NCBI GenBank assembly: GCA_964450495.1
Contig: CAYVFU010000010.1
Location: 488 to 64,487, forward strand
DNA: 64,000 nucleotides
Source: an uncultured Saprospiraceae bacterium
Lineage (GTDB): Bacteria > Bacteroidota > Bacteroidia > Chitinophagales > Saprospiraceae
Reading direction: 5' to 3'
Within the stretch, counting starts at the first letter, position 1, and each line of letters begins with the position of its first letter. This document shows positions 1-9,663 of this stretch, one piece after another. Both the position numbers and the translations under genes were made by a program. Under the pieces are notes generated by a model, which saw only the letters and a program-made list of their open reading frames with translations, was not told the origin of the DNA and ran no database searches.

Positions 1-379
1 CTTGTATATCAGAAATGCGTTGCAATGATTTTTCTATTGTCGCATTAGTGTTTCGTAGTTGGAATGTTTCTGATATAGAAAATGGATATCCAAGGATGTC
101 GACTTCATCAAACTCTACAGCATCATGTGCACCACGTATATTTGCAACAATAACAGAGAATAGGGATTGAGTAGAAGATTTGTCAAGCGCTTTTAAAAGC
201 TTCCCAGTATCAGCCATTTGTGGAATTGCTTTAGGACTTACAAAGCTGCCAATATCTATTCTATCGAAACCAACCGATAGTAAAGCCTTCGCATAGGCAA
301 TTTTGTGTTCAGTTGGAATAAATGTTTTGATTCCCTGAAGGGCATCCCTTGGACATTCGATAAGTTTTACGCGATCCAT
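1..379 (-). CDS. hydroxymethylglutaryl-CoA lyase family protein (N-terminal part; 3' end is outside the window)
   Basis: Minus-strand ATG at 379..377 opens a frame reading MDRVKLIECPRDALQGIKTFIPTEHKIAYAKALLSVGFDRIDIGSF. This is the ECPRDAxQG N-terminus of HMGL-like TIM-barrel lyases. It lies 1 nt downstream of the acyl-CoA dehydrogenase stop, so it belongs to the same operon. Confidence 0.8.
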   Translation of the reverse strand, partial: MDRVKLIECPRDALQGIKTFIPTEHKIAYAKALLSVGFDRIDIGSFVSPKAIPQMADTGKLLKALDKSSTQSLFSVIVANIRGAHDAVEFDEVDILGYPFSISETFQLRNTNATIEKSLQRISDIQ

Positions 380-380
380 A

Positions 381-1547
381 TTAAATTTTAGATCTGTATT
401 CTTTTTTGTCTATGACAATCTTTGCAATGATTTCTTTGAGTATTTCAGAAGTGCCTCCACCGATCGGACCGAGTCTGCTATCTCTAAACATACGGGCAAG
501 AGGGTACTCTTCCATATAGCCATAGCCACCCAAAAATTGCAAACAATTAGTGATTACTTCATCTGCTACTTTTGTTGAATTTAGTTTTGACATGCACGCT
601 TCTTTGACGACGTATGTGCCTTTTTGTAATTCTCTAGCAACTGTATAATTGTATGCTTTGATCATGTCCACATCACTTTCCATTTCTGCGATTCGATGTC
701 TCAGTGCTTGAAATTTATCTATAGACTTTCCAAAGGCAATTCTTTCTGACATGTATTTCTTGGTATACTCAATAGCATATTCCGCTCTGGCATGTGCATT
801 AATACCCATAATTAATCGCTCTAAAGCAAAATGTTGCATGACGTAATAAAATCCTTTTCCAGATTCTCCCATTAAATGTGCTTTAGGGATTCGTACATTA
901 TCAAAGGCAATCTCTCCTGTGTCAGAAGCTCTCCATCCTAATTTATCTAACTTAGAAGCACTGACACCAGCTGTGTCTCTGTCAATTAAGAATACGCCCA
1001 TGGATTTTGGATCGTCTTCAATATCCATTTTAGCAATGACTATTAAATAATCAGAATACACACCATTTGTAATGAATGTTTTTGATCCATTTATCAGATA
1101 ATGATCACCATCCAAAACCGCAGTTGTCCGCATAGCTCCTACATCAGAACCTCCAAATGGTTCAGATATACACAAACAACCAATTTTATCACCATTGATA
1201 CTGTCTTTCAAATAGCTTTGCTTTATCTCTTCTGTACCTTCAGCATTTACATGTGTCATGGCAAGATAAGCGTGCGCCCACATCGCGGCTGCAAAACCTC
1301 CAGAATTTACTTTCTGTAACTCTTCTAAAAAAATAACTGTGTAAAATATATCTAAATCTAGCCCCCCATAAGCTTCTGGATAATTAATGCCAAAGTATCC
1401 CATCTCTCCAAATTTTTTCCAGATTGTTCTTTCTATTTTACCTTCTTCTTCCCATTTGTCAACATACGGGATGACCTCTTTTTTGAGAAAACTTTGGAGA
1501 CCATCTCGAAACATGTTGTGTTCTTCTGTAAAAAATGAATTGTACAT
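381..1547 (-). CDS. acyl-CoA dehydrogenase
   Basis: 388-aa ORF with ACAD signatures (CISEPFGGSDVGAMRTTA, FITNG, GGYGYMEEYPLARMFRDSRLGPIGGGTSEI). Confidence 0.92.
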   Translation of the reverse strand: MYNSFFTEEHNMFRDGLQSFLKKEVIPYVDKWEEEGKIERTIWKKFGEMGYFGINYPEAYGGLDLDIFYTVIFLEELQKVNSGGFAAAMWAHAYLAMTHVNAEGTEEIKQSYLKDSINGDKIGCLCISEPFGGSDVGAMRTTAVLDGDHYLINGSKTFITNGVYSDYLIVIAKMDIEDDPKSMGVFLIDRDTAGVSASKLDKLGWRASDTGEIAFDNVRIPKAHLMGESGKGFYYVMQHFALERLIMGINAHARAEYAIEYTKKYMSERIAFGKSIDKFQALRHRIAEMESDVDMIKAYNYTVARELQKGTYVVKEACMSKLNSTKVADEVITNCLQFLGGYGYMEEYPLARMFRDSRLGPIGGGTSEILKEIIAKIVIDKKEYRSKI

Positions 1548-1558
1548 TTTAATTTGAT

Positions 1559-2215
1559 TTAGAATAGTAAATTTGGTTTAACTAATTTATTGATTGGTTT
1601 ACCCATTTTTGTGAGATAAGCTTTACCATAAAATTCTTCAAATGCTAATAAGCCTTTTTCAGTAAAGTGGGGGATGATTGTAGCCCAAATCATTTTTTCA
1701 GCTTCTTCTGTTTTTTTAACTTCTCTAACTGATTGTTGAGAAACCCAATAGTAAGCAACCATCCAAGCGTTAATGGATAATTGTGCATACATACCATTGA
1801 ACAACTCTGGTTTTAAATTGCCAATGGATACACCGAATGCAAATGCTTCATTGTTGCGAAGTATGGATACCTCCGACCAAATATTCATAACTCTTCGAAT
1901 GTGCTTATGCTCTAAGACAGAACTGTCTCTAAAGATGAATTTGTATCTTCTTTGCAATATTCTGCAAGTGCGGACATCTAGGGTCAAATTAGTAAACGCA
2001 GGGAATCCTTTGCGTTGATCTTGGATGGCTCTTACTTCTTTCACCATGCGAACAACGAGGTCATTGAGAATATGAACTTTATTTTTATAGTGATAAGCTA
2101 GATTCCCACGACTCATCTCACAAGCCTTCGCAATATCTGCGAGGGTCACTTGATGATAACCCAGATCATTAAATTGATCTATTGATATTGATAAAATACG
2201 TTGTTTGGTGTTCAT
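1559..2215 (-). CDS. TetR/AcrR family transcriptional regulator
   Basis: 218-aa ORF with an N-terminal HTH (GYHQVTLADIAKACEMSRGNLAYHYKNK). It heads the ACAD and HMG-CoA lyase genes. Confidence 0.85.
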   Translation of the reverse strand: MNTKQRILSISIDQFNDLGYHQVTLADIAKACEMSRGNLAYHYKNKVHILNDLVVRMVKEVRAIQDQRKGFPAFTNLTLDVRTCRILQRRYKFIFRDSSVLEHKHIRRVMNIWSEVSILRNNEAFAFGVSIGNLKPELFNGMYAQLSINAWMVAYYWVSQQSVREVKKTEEAEKMIWATIIPHFTEKGLLAFEEFYGKAYLTKMGKPINKLVKPNLLF

Positions 2216-2245
2216 AGTTACTTAGTACAAAAATAGTAATAATAA

Positions 2246-2263
2246 TTAGTCTTTAAAGACTAA
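2246..2263. promoter_or_regulatory. 18-bp perfect palindrome TTAGTCTTTAAAGACTAA, candidate TetR operator
   Basis: The sequence is its own reverse complement. It lies 31 nt upstream of the tetR start (2215) in the tetR/CotH divergent region. A second palindrome, TTTTTTGCAAAAAA, is at 2269..2282. Confidence 0.5.
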
Positions 2264-2419
2264 AGTGCTTTTTTGCAAAAAACAATTGTAAATCAAATGG
2301 TTCATTTGTTAATTATCTTTTAACTAATGTGTTAAATAACTGACCAAAGAGGTCTTCTCTCGTCTTAAATATGGTGGTTTTGAAATATTCTTTGTCTTAT
2401 ATTTGCATCATTACCTTAA

Positions 2420-5400
2420 ATGCCTATGTACCGTACTTTTCTCCTCTTGTTATTGGTGTGCGTTTCTTTAGGCATTGGTTTAGCTCAGAGTTCAATTGAT
2501 TTTTCAGTTGAAAGAGGCTACTATACCAACTCTTTTCAACTCATTCTATCTAGTGAAGACCCTAATGCTCAAATTAGATATACACTGAACGGCAAAACCC
2601 CATCTCCTTCATTTGGAAATGTTTATTCCAGTCCATTAACAATTGACGAAACGACAGTTGTTAAAGCACTTGCGCACAGTACATTGGATACGACTAGGGT
2701 TGAAGCACATACATATGTCTACATTCAAGATGTCATCAATCAGTCCGCAACGACAAGTGGATTCCCTACTGGTACAGGATTTTCAGGCACTATAAAAAAT
2801 GATGGTACATATGGCCCTTTGCTTGATGATGCACTTACGGATATTCCATTTATGTCTTTAAGTTTAGATTTGACAGATTACAACTTTATTTATGAGAACA
2901 AATCAACCATGAGGCAAGCACACATCGAATTTTACGATGAACTTGAGTCTGAGAGTTACGACAGAGCTACTGGGGTATCGACCTATGGCAATAGTTCTTT
3001 TAGTGCTGGCAATGCAAACAAAAAAAATTATCGATTACGATTCCAAGAACAATTTGGTGCTTCTAAGTTTAAATTTGACATATTTGGGGGAGATGCAGCT
3101 GAAGAATTTGATGTGATAGATTTAAGAGCTGGTAGCCAATCTACAATTGACAAAGGAGGTGTGCAAAATATGCACGAGAAAATCATTAAGGACATACAAA
3201 TAAAATTGAGTGGCAGTGGTGTGCATGGGAGGTTTGTTCACTTATACATTAATGCTGTTTATTGGGGCGTTTATACCTTAAGCGAAAGACCGACTAAGTC
3301 ATTTGGTGAATCTTATTTTAGTGGTGACAAAGATGACTATAACACAATGAAGGGTACTTGTTGTACAGATGTCGCTTTGCCTATAGATGGAACCGATGTT
3401 TCTTATGATAATATGAAGGCTCAATTAGTGAACTATCCAAATGTTGAGCAATACTTAGACGTAGACCATTTTATTGATTATGTGATGTTGTGTAATTATG
3501 GTCCTCATGGCGATTGGAGAACGTGGAATACATATGCGATTGACAATCCTACTGCTGGAGAACCGTATCGATTTTTTATGTGGGATCCAGAACCATCACT
3601 GTATAATGATTGGTATTATACCGACTTTCTTGTAGATACTCGGAGTCATGAAGATATATGGCAACCCTTAAAAGCTCACGATGATTTTAGGGTTCGTGTT
3701 GGTGATCAGATGGAGTGTAATTGTGAAGAAGCCGATGGTCCATTAAATCCAACAAATTTCGAAGCTTATTATGATGAAGTTTTTCAACAGCATAAACTTG
3801 CTTACTTAGCAGAAGCGGCTCGATGGGGCGATAAAGACCTGTATAATGAATTTCTAGGTTATAGAGATGATCTTTTGAATACTGGTTGGTTCTATGACAG
3901 AAAGGATGACATGAAAGATGCATATGAAGCAGAAAATTTATACCCTAGTATAGATGCTGTTAATTTTAATCATAATGGTGGCATTGTTGCAAATGGCTTT
4001 CAATTAAATTTGACCAATCCTAATTCAAACGGGTCAATTAGATACACATTAGACGGTACTGATCCAAGAGCGCCTGGAGGTGCGGTGTCTTCTAGTGCCA
4101 TTACTTATAGTGGTACAATCACACTACCCCCCGGTGTACATACAGTTTCAGCAAGAGTTAGAATAAATGGAGTTTGGTCTGCGATGTGTCCTAAGCGTTT
4201 TTATGTTGACCAGGATTATAATAATCTTGTGATAAATGAGATCCATTATAACCCTGTTGATGAAATAACTGCTACGAATGATACATTGAGTGGTAAGAAT
4301 TTTGAATTTGTAGAAATCAAGAATTGTGGAGACACACCAATCAACTTATTAGATGTGCAATTTAATAAAGGGATTAGCCTGACAGTAGAAGATCCAATAA
4401 TTATTCAACCAAATCAATTTGTTGTTTTTGCTGATGATGCTGCTTGGTTTCAATATAAATATGGTCTATCTGCAGACGCAGAATATGTGGGTAAGCTTGA
4501 TAACGGTGGTGAGAATCTTTGGCTTGTAGATCCAGAATTAAATATTATTGATTCATTAGATTACAATGATAAATCACCATGGCCAGCGACAGCGGATAAA
4601 GGCTATTACAGTTTAGCATTAGCGGAATGTAGCTTAGATAATGCTGATCCTCTTAGTTGGAGTATTCAGTCAGTATTTACCACACCGCGTGCAGAAAACT
4701 ACTTTACAAATTTTGGTGAACATCCGTTTTCAGGAATTGTGATAAATGAAATTCACTATAATCCAATGGACAGTATAGTACCTAGTACAGGTGATACTAT
4801 CAATGGAAGAAAATTTGAGTTTGTCGAATTGAAAAATATAAGTACAATTCCAATAGATCTGTCGGGAGCCATTTTTGCCAGAGGTATTGAATATGAGTTT
4901 GCGAATGGAACAATCATTCAACCTGGTGATTTTCTCGTCCTTGCGGAAGATAAATCTTCATTCAATGACAGGTACGGCTTCCAAGCATTTGACAAATACG
5001 ATGGCCAACTTGATAATGGTGGTGAAACATTATGGTTGGTAAATGACAGCGGAGTCCTTCTTGATGCTGTCACTTATGACGATATATTTCCATGGGATTT
5101 TCAAGCGGATGGAGGAGTTATTGATTATAGTCTTGCGTTAGTTGATGGTACTGTAGATAATGATACATACTTAAATTGGAGTACTCAGTGTAATTTACTT
5201 TATACGCCTGGCGCAGAAAACGACTTAGCTTGCTTTACCGGGCCTAACTATAGTGGACTTACGATTAATGAACTTGATTACATCCCCAATGGTGCAAATG
5301 CTTTAGAATTCTTGGAGTTAGTCAATAATTCTTTTTTACCAATCGATTTAGAGGGTCTACGTTTTTCTACTGGTATTACATATGATTTTAATGGTGGTCA

Positions 5401-6604
5401 ACTTTTGCCTGGCCAATACTACATTATAGTTCGAGACTCTGTGCTTTTTCAGAATACATACAATGTTTCAGTTGATGGTAAATTCACTGGAGGGTTAAGC
5501 AGCAATGGAGAGACTGTCGTCCTAAGAGATCTTTTTGGAAATACAATTGATATTGTCTCATATGGTAATTCTTCACCTTGGACAAGCGAACCTACACAAG
5601 GTGTTAAAAGTCTTGCGCTTATCAATCCAAATCTAGATAATAATGTAGGAGCTAATTGGTGTGTACAGCAAAGCGATCGGACACCAAAAGCACCAAATGT
5701 TTTCTCTGATACAGATAACGACAGTATTATTGATTGTATTGATTCTTGTCCAACACTTGATGATTCATTAATAGGGACAACTTGTGATGATGGTGATTTA
5801 TGTACAACAGGTGAAAAATGGGATTCAAATTGTAATTGCTCTGGTGGTACATTTCAAGATACCGATAATGACGGTGTGTGTGATGCAGAAGATCGGTGTA
5901 GTGGTATCAATGATGGTTTGATCGGCACTGCTTGCGATGACGGAGATCCATGTACAGTAAACGAAGTATTTGACTCAAATTGCCAATGTTCCGGTGGAGT
6001 ATACATTGACAGTGATACTGATGGTACTTGTGATGGCCTCGATCAATGTCCTGGATTTGATGATAGTCTCATTGGCCAATCTTGTAATGACAATGATCCT
6101 TGCACCACAAATGATACGTACAATACAGATTGTGATTGCGCAGGTACTGCTTCTGCTGATTCTGATGGAGATGGTGTTTGTGATGCAATGGACCAATGCC
6201 CTAATTTTGATAATGCTTTAATAGGCACGCCATGTGATGATGGGATTATCTGTTTTGTTGGCAGTACATGGGATTCAAATTGTAACTGTACAGGAGGCGC
6301 TTACGCTGACACTGACGGTGATAATGTCTGTGATCCATTAGATCAATGCGAAGGATTTGACGACAGCATAGATACCAATAATAATGGTGTGCCAGATGGC
6401 TGCGAAGGATGTGTTGATTATATAGCTGAAACTACTAATTCTCTCATTTCTCAAAATAGAGCTGCCAACATAAGCATTCACTCAAATGGACGAGTTCTAA
6501 TCGGAGACATAGATTATCGAGCAGGACAAGAGATTAATTTTACGGATGGTTTTGAAGTGAAAACGGGGGCAGTGTTTCATGCACATATAGCTCCTTGTAA
6601 TTGA
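2420..6604 (+). CDS. secreted multidomain protein: CotH kinase-like domain + 3 lamin-tail (LTD) domains + Cys-rich/TSP3-like repeats
   Basis: 1394 aa with a signal peptide. A CotH-like core runs from KKNYRLRF to GRFVHLYINAVYWGVYTLSERP. Three LTD modules each start with INE(I/L)(H/D)Y and carry FEFVE(I/L)KN. About 4.5 Cys/Asp repeats follow. The C-terminal tail ends in the pattern GFEVKTGAVFHAHIAPC. A TATATTTG -7-like box is at 2398..2405. Confidence 0.9.
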   Translation: MPMYRTFLLLLLVCVSLGIGLAQSSIDFSVERGYYTNSFQLILSSEDPNAQIRYTLNGKTPSPSFGNVYSSPLTIDETTVVKALAHSTLDTTRVEAHTYVYIQDVINQSATTSGFPTGTGFSGTIKNDGTYGPLLDDALTDIPFMSLSLDLTDYNFIYENKSTMRQAHIEFYDELESESYDRATGVSTYGNSSFSAGNANKKNYRLRFQEQFGASKFKFDIFGGDAAEEFDVIDLRAGSQSTIDKGGVQNMHEKIIKDIQIKLSGSGVHGRFVHLYINAVYWGVYTLSERPTKSFGESYFSGDKDDYNTMKGTCCTDVALPIDGTDVSYDNMKAQLVNYPNVEQYLDVDHFIDYVMLCNYGPHGDWRTWNTYAIDNPTAGEPYRFFMWDPEPSLYNDWYYTDFLVDTRSHEDIWQPLKAHDDFRVRVGDQMECNCEEADGPLNPTNFEAYYDEVFQQHKLAYLAEAARWGDKDLYNEFLGYRDDLLNTGWFYDRKDDMKDAYEAENLYPSIDAVNFNHNGGIVANGFQLNLTNPNSNGSIRYTLDGTDPRAPGGAVSSSAITYSGTITLPPGVHTVSARVRINGVWSAMCPKRFYVDQDYNNLVINEIHYNPVDEITATNDTLSGKNFEFVEIKNCGDTPINLLDVQFNKGISLTVEDPIIIQPNQFVVFADDAAWFQYKYGLSADAEYVGKLDNGGENLWLVDPELNIIDSLDYNDKSPWPATADKGYYSLALAECSLDNADPLSWSIQSVFTTPRAENYFTNFGEHPFSGIVINEIHYNPMDSIVPSTGDTINGRKFEFVELKNISTIPIDLSGAIFARGIEYEFANGTIIQPGDFLVLAEDKSSFNDRYGFQAFDKYDGQLDNGGETLWLVNDSGVLLDAVTYDDIFPWDFQADGGVIDYSLALVDGTVDNDTYLNWSTQCNLLYTPGAENDLACFTGPNYSGLTINELDYIPNGANALEFLELVNNSFLPIDLEGLRFSTGITYDFNGGQLLPGQYYIIVRDSVLFQNTYNVSVDGKFTGGLSSNGETVVLRDLFGNTIDIVSYGNSSPWTSEPTQGVKSLALINPNLDNNVGANWCVQQSDRTPKAPNVFSDTDNDSIIDCIDSCPTLDDSLIGTTCDDGDLCTTGEKWDSNCNCSGGTFQDTDNDGVCDAEDRCSGINDGLIGTACDDGDPCTVNEVFDSNCQCSGGVYIDSDTDGTCDGLDQCPGFDDSLIGQSCNDNDPCTTNDTYNTDCDCAGTASADSDGDGVCDAMDQCPNFDNALIGTPCDDGIICFVGSTWDSNCNCTGGAYADTDGDNVCDPLDQCEGFDDSIDTNNNGVPDGCEGCVDYIAETTNSLISQNRAANISIHSNGRVLIGDIDYRAGQEINFTDGFEVKTGAVFHAHIAPCN
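5708..6411 (+). repeat. about 4.5 tandem ~50-codon Cys/Asp-rich repeats inside the CotH-LTD gene
   Basis: The repeat unit is D(T/S)D(N/G/T)DGVCDxxDxCxGFDDSLIGxxCDDGDxCTxxxxxDSNCxCxGG. The first half resembles a thrombospondin type-3 calcium-binding loop. Confidence 0.85.
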
Positions 6605-6707
6605 TAAGGAGATTTTCCTGTGTAGACTTTTAAATTACATATCAACTGAATGCTGATTGATAAGTTTTTGTATCTACATTACACTCTATTATTCTAAAAA
6701 ATAATAA

Positions 6708-7226
6708 TTATCGTTCCGCGTACACTCCATAATATCGAGGTGTTCTATTTCTAAGAAATGGTCGCAAGCCTATTTTATCTGACTTACTGACCCATTTTAC
6801 TTTATCCTTTATTGTCCATCCAGATTTTTCCAACAGCCAATCAAATTGCCAGTCTTCAAATTCGTGATAATGTCTATCCCAAGGGTCTGTCTTTGATCTG
6901 TAAGCAGGTGCAAACCATAGTCTTAATGGTATGGTCAGTACTACTTTTTTAGCGTTTATGTTCTTTAAAACGGAAAATGGATTTAATAAATGCTCGAGAA
7001 TTTCAAACCCTGTTACAACATCAAACTCTCCATAATGAGTAAGATCATATTCTAAATCCAAGTCTTCACCTTTTGTGTTGACAATTGAATATCCATTTTC
7101 CTTCATTATTTCTCCAAACGGATTTTCGACACCAAGATCAAGAATTTTTTCTGTTGTGTTTACATTCTTTTTTAGGAACTTCAAGGTATGATTGTACCTA
7201 TCTATAGGCATATTATTTTCGTACAT
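6708..7226 (-). CDS. class I SAM-dependent methyltransferase (small)
   Basis: 172 aa with motif I-like ILDLGVENPFG and the post-I/II segment FDVVTGFEILEHLLNP. Confidence 0.7.
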   Translation of the reverse strand: MYENNMPIDRYNHTLKFLKKNVNTTEKILDLGVENPFGEIMKENGYSIVNTKGEDLDLEYDLTHYGEFDVVTGFEILEHLLNPFSVLKNINAKKVVLTIPLRLWFAPAYRSKTDPWDRHYHEFEDWQFDWLLEKSGWTIKDKVKWVSKSDKIGLRPFLRNRTPRYYGVYAER

Positions 7227-7237
7227 ACATGTTTTAA

Positions 7238-8428
7238 TTACAGTTTTGAATAAAGATTAATTAGCTCTGTGGAAGTTTCTACCCAATTGTATTTTTCTTT
7301 TACAGCATTATAACCATTTACTGAATACTGCTCTATTTTTTTAGGGTTATTATACACTTCAAAAATTGAATGTGCTAACTGGTCTGAATTATTTGACTCA
7401 TAGACAATGCCGGAGGACGCATCGTTTACAATTCTTGCTATGGGGTTACAATTTGTGACCACAATAGGTTTGCTCATATACATATAATGAAAAAGTTTAT
7501 GAGGAATAGTATGGTCTGTGTGTACAGTCTTGAGATGTGGAATCAAACAGATGTCCGCCTCAGCCATGTAAGAGGGTAATTCGTTAGCCAATTGCCAGCC
7601 TTCAAAGATTACCTTTTTTTCTAATTCTAGATTAATGGTAAGCTGCTTTAATTCATCTAGGTTTTTTCCAGTCCCAACAAGCACTAATTTAATGTTTGGA
7701 ATAATTTTAGAAATTTCAGGTATTGCATTTATAACATGTTCTAAGCCTCTGTGGTAATCAAAACCACCGGTGTATAAAAGGATAAAAGCATCAGGATGTT
7801 CCATTCTTATCTTCTTGCTTATTTGTTTTGAAAAAGTATTTCTATTAATGTAATTTGCTACTATCCATAATTTGGACTGGGGTATTTCAAGCTCCATATA
7901 TCGACCTTTTGCTTCTTCAATTACTGTGATAATCGCATCGCAATCAGACAACCATTCCTTTTCAGCCCTTTCCCATTTGGGGATAGAAATGAGAAGGTTG
8001 CCGGGAAAGGTATTTGCAAATTTATAATGTCTTAATGCTTGTGGATAATTTTCATGTAAGTCTGCGACTAGTTTAATTTCCCTTTTAGATTTTTTCTTAG
8101 CTAAGATTCCCGCTTTTACTAAGTATAAGTCATGCGCATGTATAACATCAAGACTGTATTTTTCTATGCCATTTAAGGCTAATTTAGCCCAATAGTGAGA
8201 GTAAAAATCAAATAAAGTGTTGGTGAGACCTTTCATTTTATTTTTTTTCCACGTACTAATTTTATGCCTTAGAATTTTAGCTCCATGAAAATCCTCTTCT
8301 GCTTTTTTGTCTCCATAGTTAAAACATAAAACGAAGACTTCATGACCAGCATTAATTAGGGATATTACTTCATTCTCCACCCTCATATCTCCAGTGAACT
8401 CATTATCTAGAAGCATTCCTATTTTCAT
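7238..8428 (-). CDS. glycosyltransferase family 4
   Basis: 396 aa with GT-B architecture and a C-terminal EGWQ...ADICLIPH...KLFHYM E-x7-E-like region. Confidence 0.8.
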   Translation of the reverse strand: MKIGMLLDNEFTGDMRVENEVISLINAGHEVFVLCFNYGDKKAEEDFHGAKILRHKISTWKKNKMKGLTNTLFDFYSHYWAKLALNGIEKYSLDVIHAHDLYLVKAGILAKKKSKREIKLVADLHENYPQALRHYKFANTFPGNLLISIPKWERAEKEWLSDCDAIITVIEEAKGRYMELEIPQSKLWIVANYINRNTFSKQISKKIRMEHPDAFILLYTGGFDYHRGLEHVINAIPEISKIIPNIKLVLVGTGKNLDELKQLTINLELEKKVIFEGWQLANELPSYMAEADICLIPHLKTVHTDHTIPHKLFHYMYMSKPIVVTNCNPIARIVNDASSGIVYESNNSDQLAHSIFEVYNNPKKIEQYSVNGYNAVKEKYNWVETSTELINLYSKL

Positions 8429-8504
8429 GTAATTAATTTTAAGAGATATTGAGAATTTACAACTATAGATAAATTAAATAATATCCAAATATATAATGAT
8501 ATAC

Positions 8505-8536
8505 TCAACATATGACCTAAATTTGCTATATGTTGA
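8505..8536 (+). promoter_or_regulatory. 9-bp perfect inverted repeat enclosing the wecB start codon
   Basis: TCAACATAT (8505..8513) and ATATGTTGA (8528..8536) are separated by 14 nt. The wecB ATG (8530..8532) sits in the 3' arm. Confidence 0.3.
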
Positions 8537-9663
8537 ATAAGAAAAGAGCATTAATAGTCTTTGGAACTAGACCAGAAGCCATCAAAATGGCACCTGTGGT
8601 ACATGCCCTACAAGCTAGTGATAAGCACATTGAAACCAAAGTTTGTGTTACAGCACAACATAGAGAAATGCTGGACCAAGTACTTGAATTATTCAATATA
8701 GTGCCAGATTACGATCTAAACCTTATGAAACCGGGACAGAATCTTTACGACCTCACAGCTAGAATCATCAGTTCGCTGAGACCAGTCATGGAAGAGTTTA
8801 AGCCTGATTATGTTTTTGTGCATGGAGATACGACAACTACTATGGCGACAAGTATTGCTGGGTTTTATGCTGGCGCAACTATATGTCATGTGGAGGCAGG
8901 TCTAAGAACGTTTAATAAAAAAGCACCATTCCCAGAAGAAGTGAATAGACAAATTACAGGACGAGTAGCCGATATTCACTTTGCACCTACTCAAAAATCT
9001 AAGGAGAATTTATTAAAAGAGAATATTGACCAAGACAATATTTTGGTTACTGGCAATACTGTGATCGACGCACTTAAAGATTGTGTCCAAAGACTAGACA
9101 GCATATCGAGCCCAATAATTAGTAAATTAGAAACTACAATCAGCCATACCAAAAAAGTGATTTTAGTCACAGGCCATAGGAGAGAGAATCATGGTGAAGG
9201 TATGATCTCTATATGCAAAGCTTTAATTAGGATAGCAAATCAAGCTGATGTTGAAATTGTCTATCCAGTACATTTAAATCCAAAAGTAAAAGGACCAGTC
9301 TACGACTTACTAGGCGATCATCCCAATATTAAGTTGATAGAACCGTTGCCTTATGAAGCATTCATTTGGCTTATGAATAAATCTTATTTAATCATTACAG
9401 ATTCCGGAGGTGTGCAAGAAGAAGCTCCTTCTCTTGGTAAACCTGTTTTGGTCATGCGCAATACAACAGAAAGGCCTGAAGCTGTCGAAGCAGGAACTGT
9501 TATACTCGTAGGTACCGATGAAGAAAAGATTGTTTCTGAATCTATGGCTCTTTTGAATGATGAGCAGACATATGAAAAAATGAGTGCACTCCATAATCCT
9601 TATGGTGATGGAAATGCGGCAAAACGTATTCTAGAATTTATTTTAAAACAAGAGAATGTCTAA
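8530..9663 (+). CDS. wecB: UDP-N-acetylglucosamine 2-epimerase (non-hydrolysing)
   Basis: 377 aa with [21 protein letters not shown] and [20 protein letters not shown]. Confidence 0.93.
   Translation: MLNKKRALIVFGTRPEAIKMAPVVHALQASDKHIETKVCVTAQHREMLDQVLELFNIVPDYDLNLMKPGQNLYDLTARIISSLRPVMEEFKPDYVFVHGDTTTTMATSIAGFYAGATICHVEAGLRTFNKKAPFPEEVNRQITGRVADIHFAPTQKSKENLLKENIDQDNILVTGNTVIDALKDCVQRLDSISSPIISKLETTISHTKKVILVTGHRRENHGEGMISICKALIRIANQADVEIVYPVHLNPKVKGPVYDLLGDHPNIKLIEPLPYEAFIWLMNKSYLIITDSGGVQEEAPSLGKPVLVMRNTTERPEAVEAGTVILVGTDEEKIVSESMALLNDEQTYEKMSALHNPYGDGNAAKRILEFILKQENV

Noticed and set aside
5970-6228. Three 61-83-aa ORFs (both strands) inside the Cys/Asp repeat region
   Set aside because: They are alternative-frame or antisense artefacts of a repetitive coding segment. 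Their composition (Ile/Thr/Met runs) is not protein-like.
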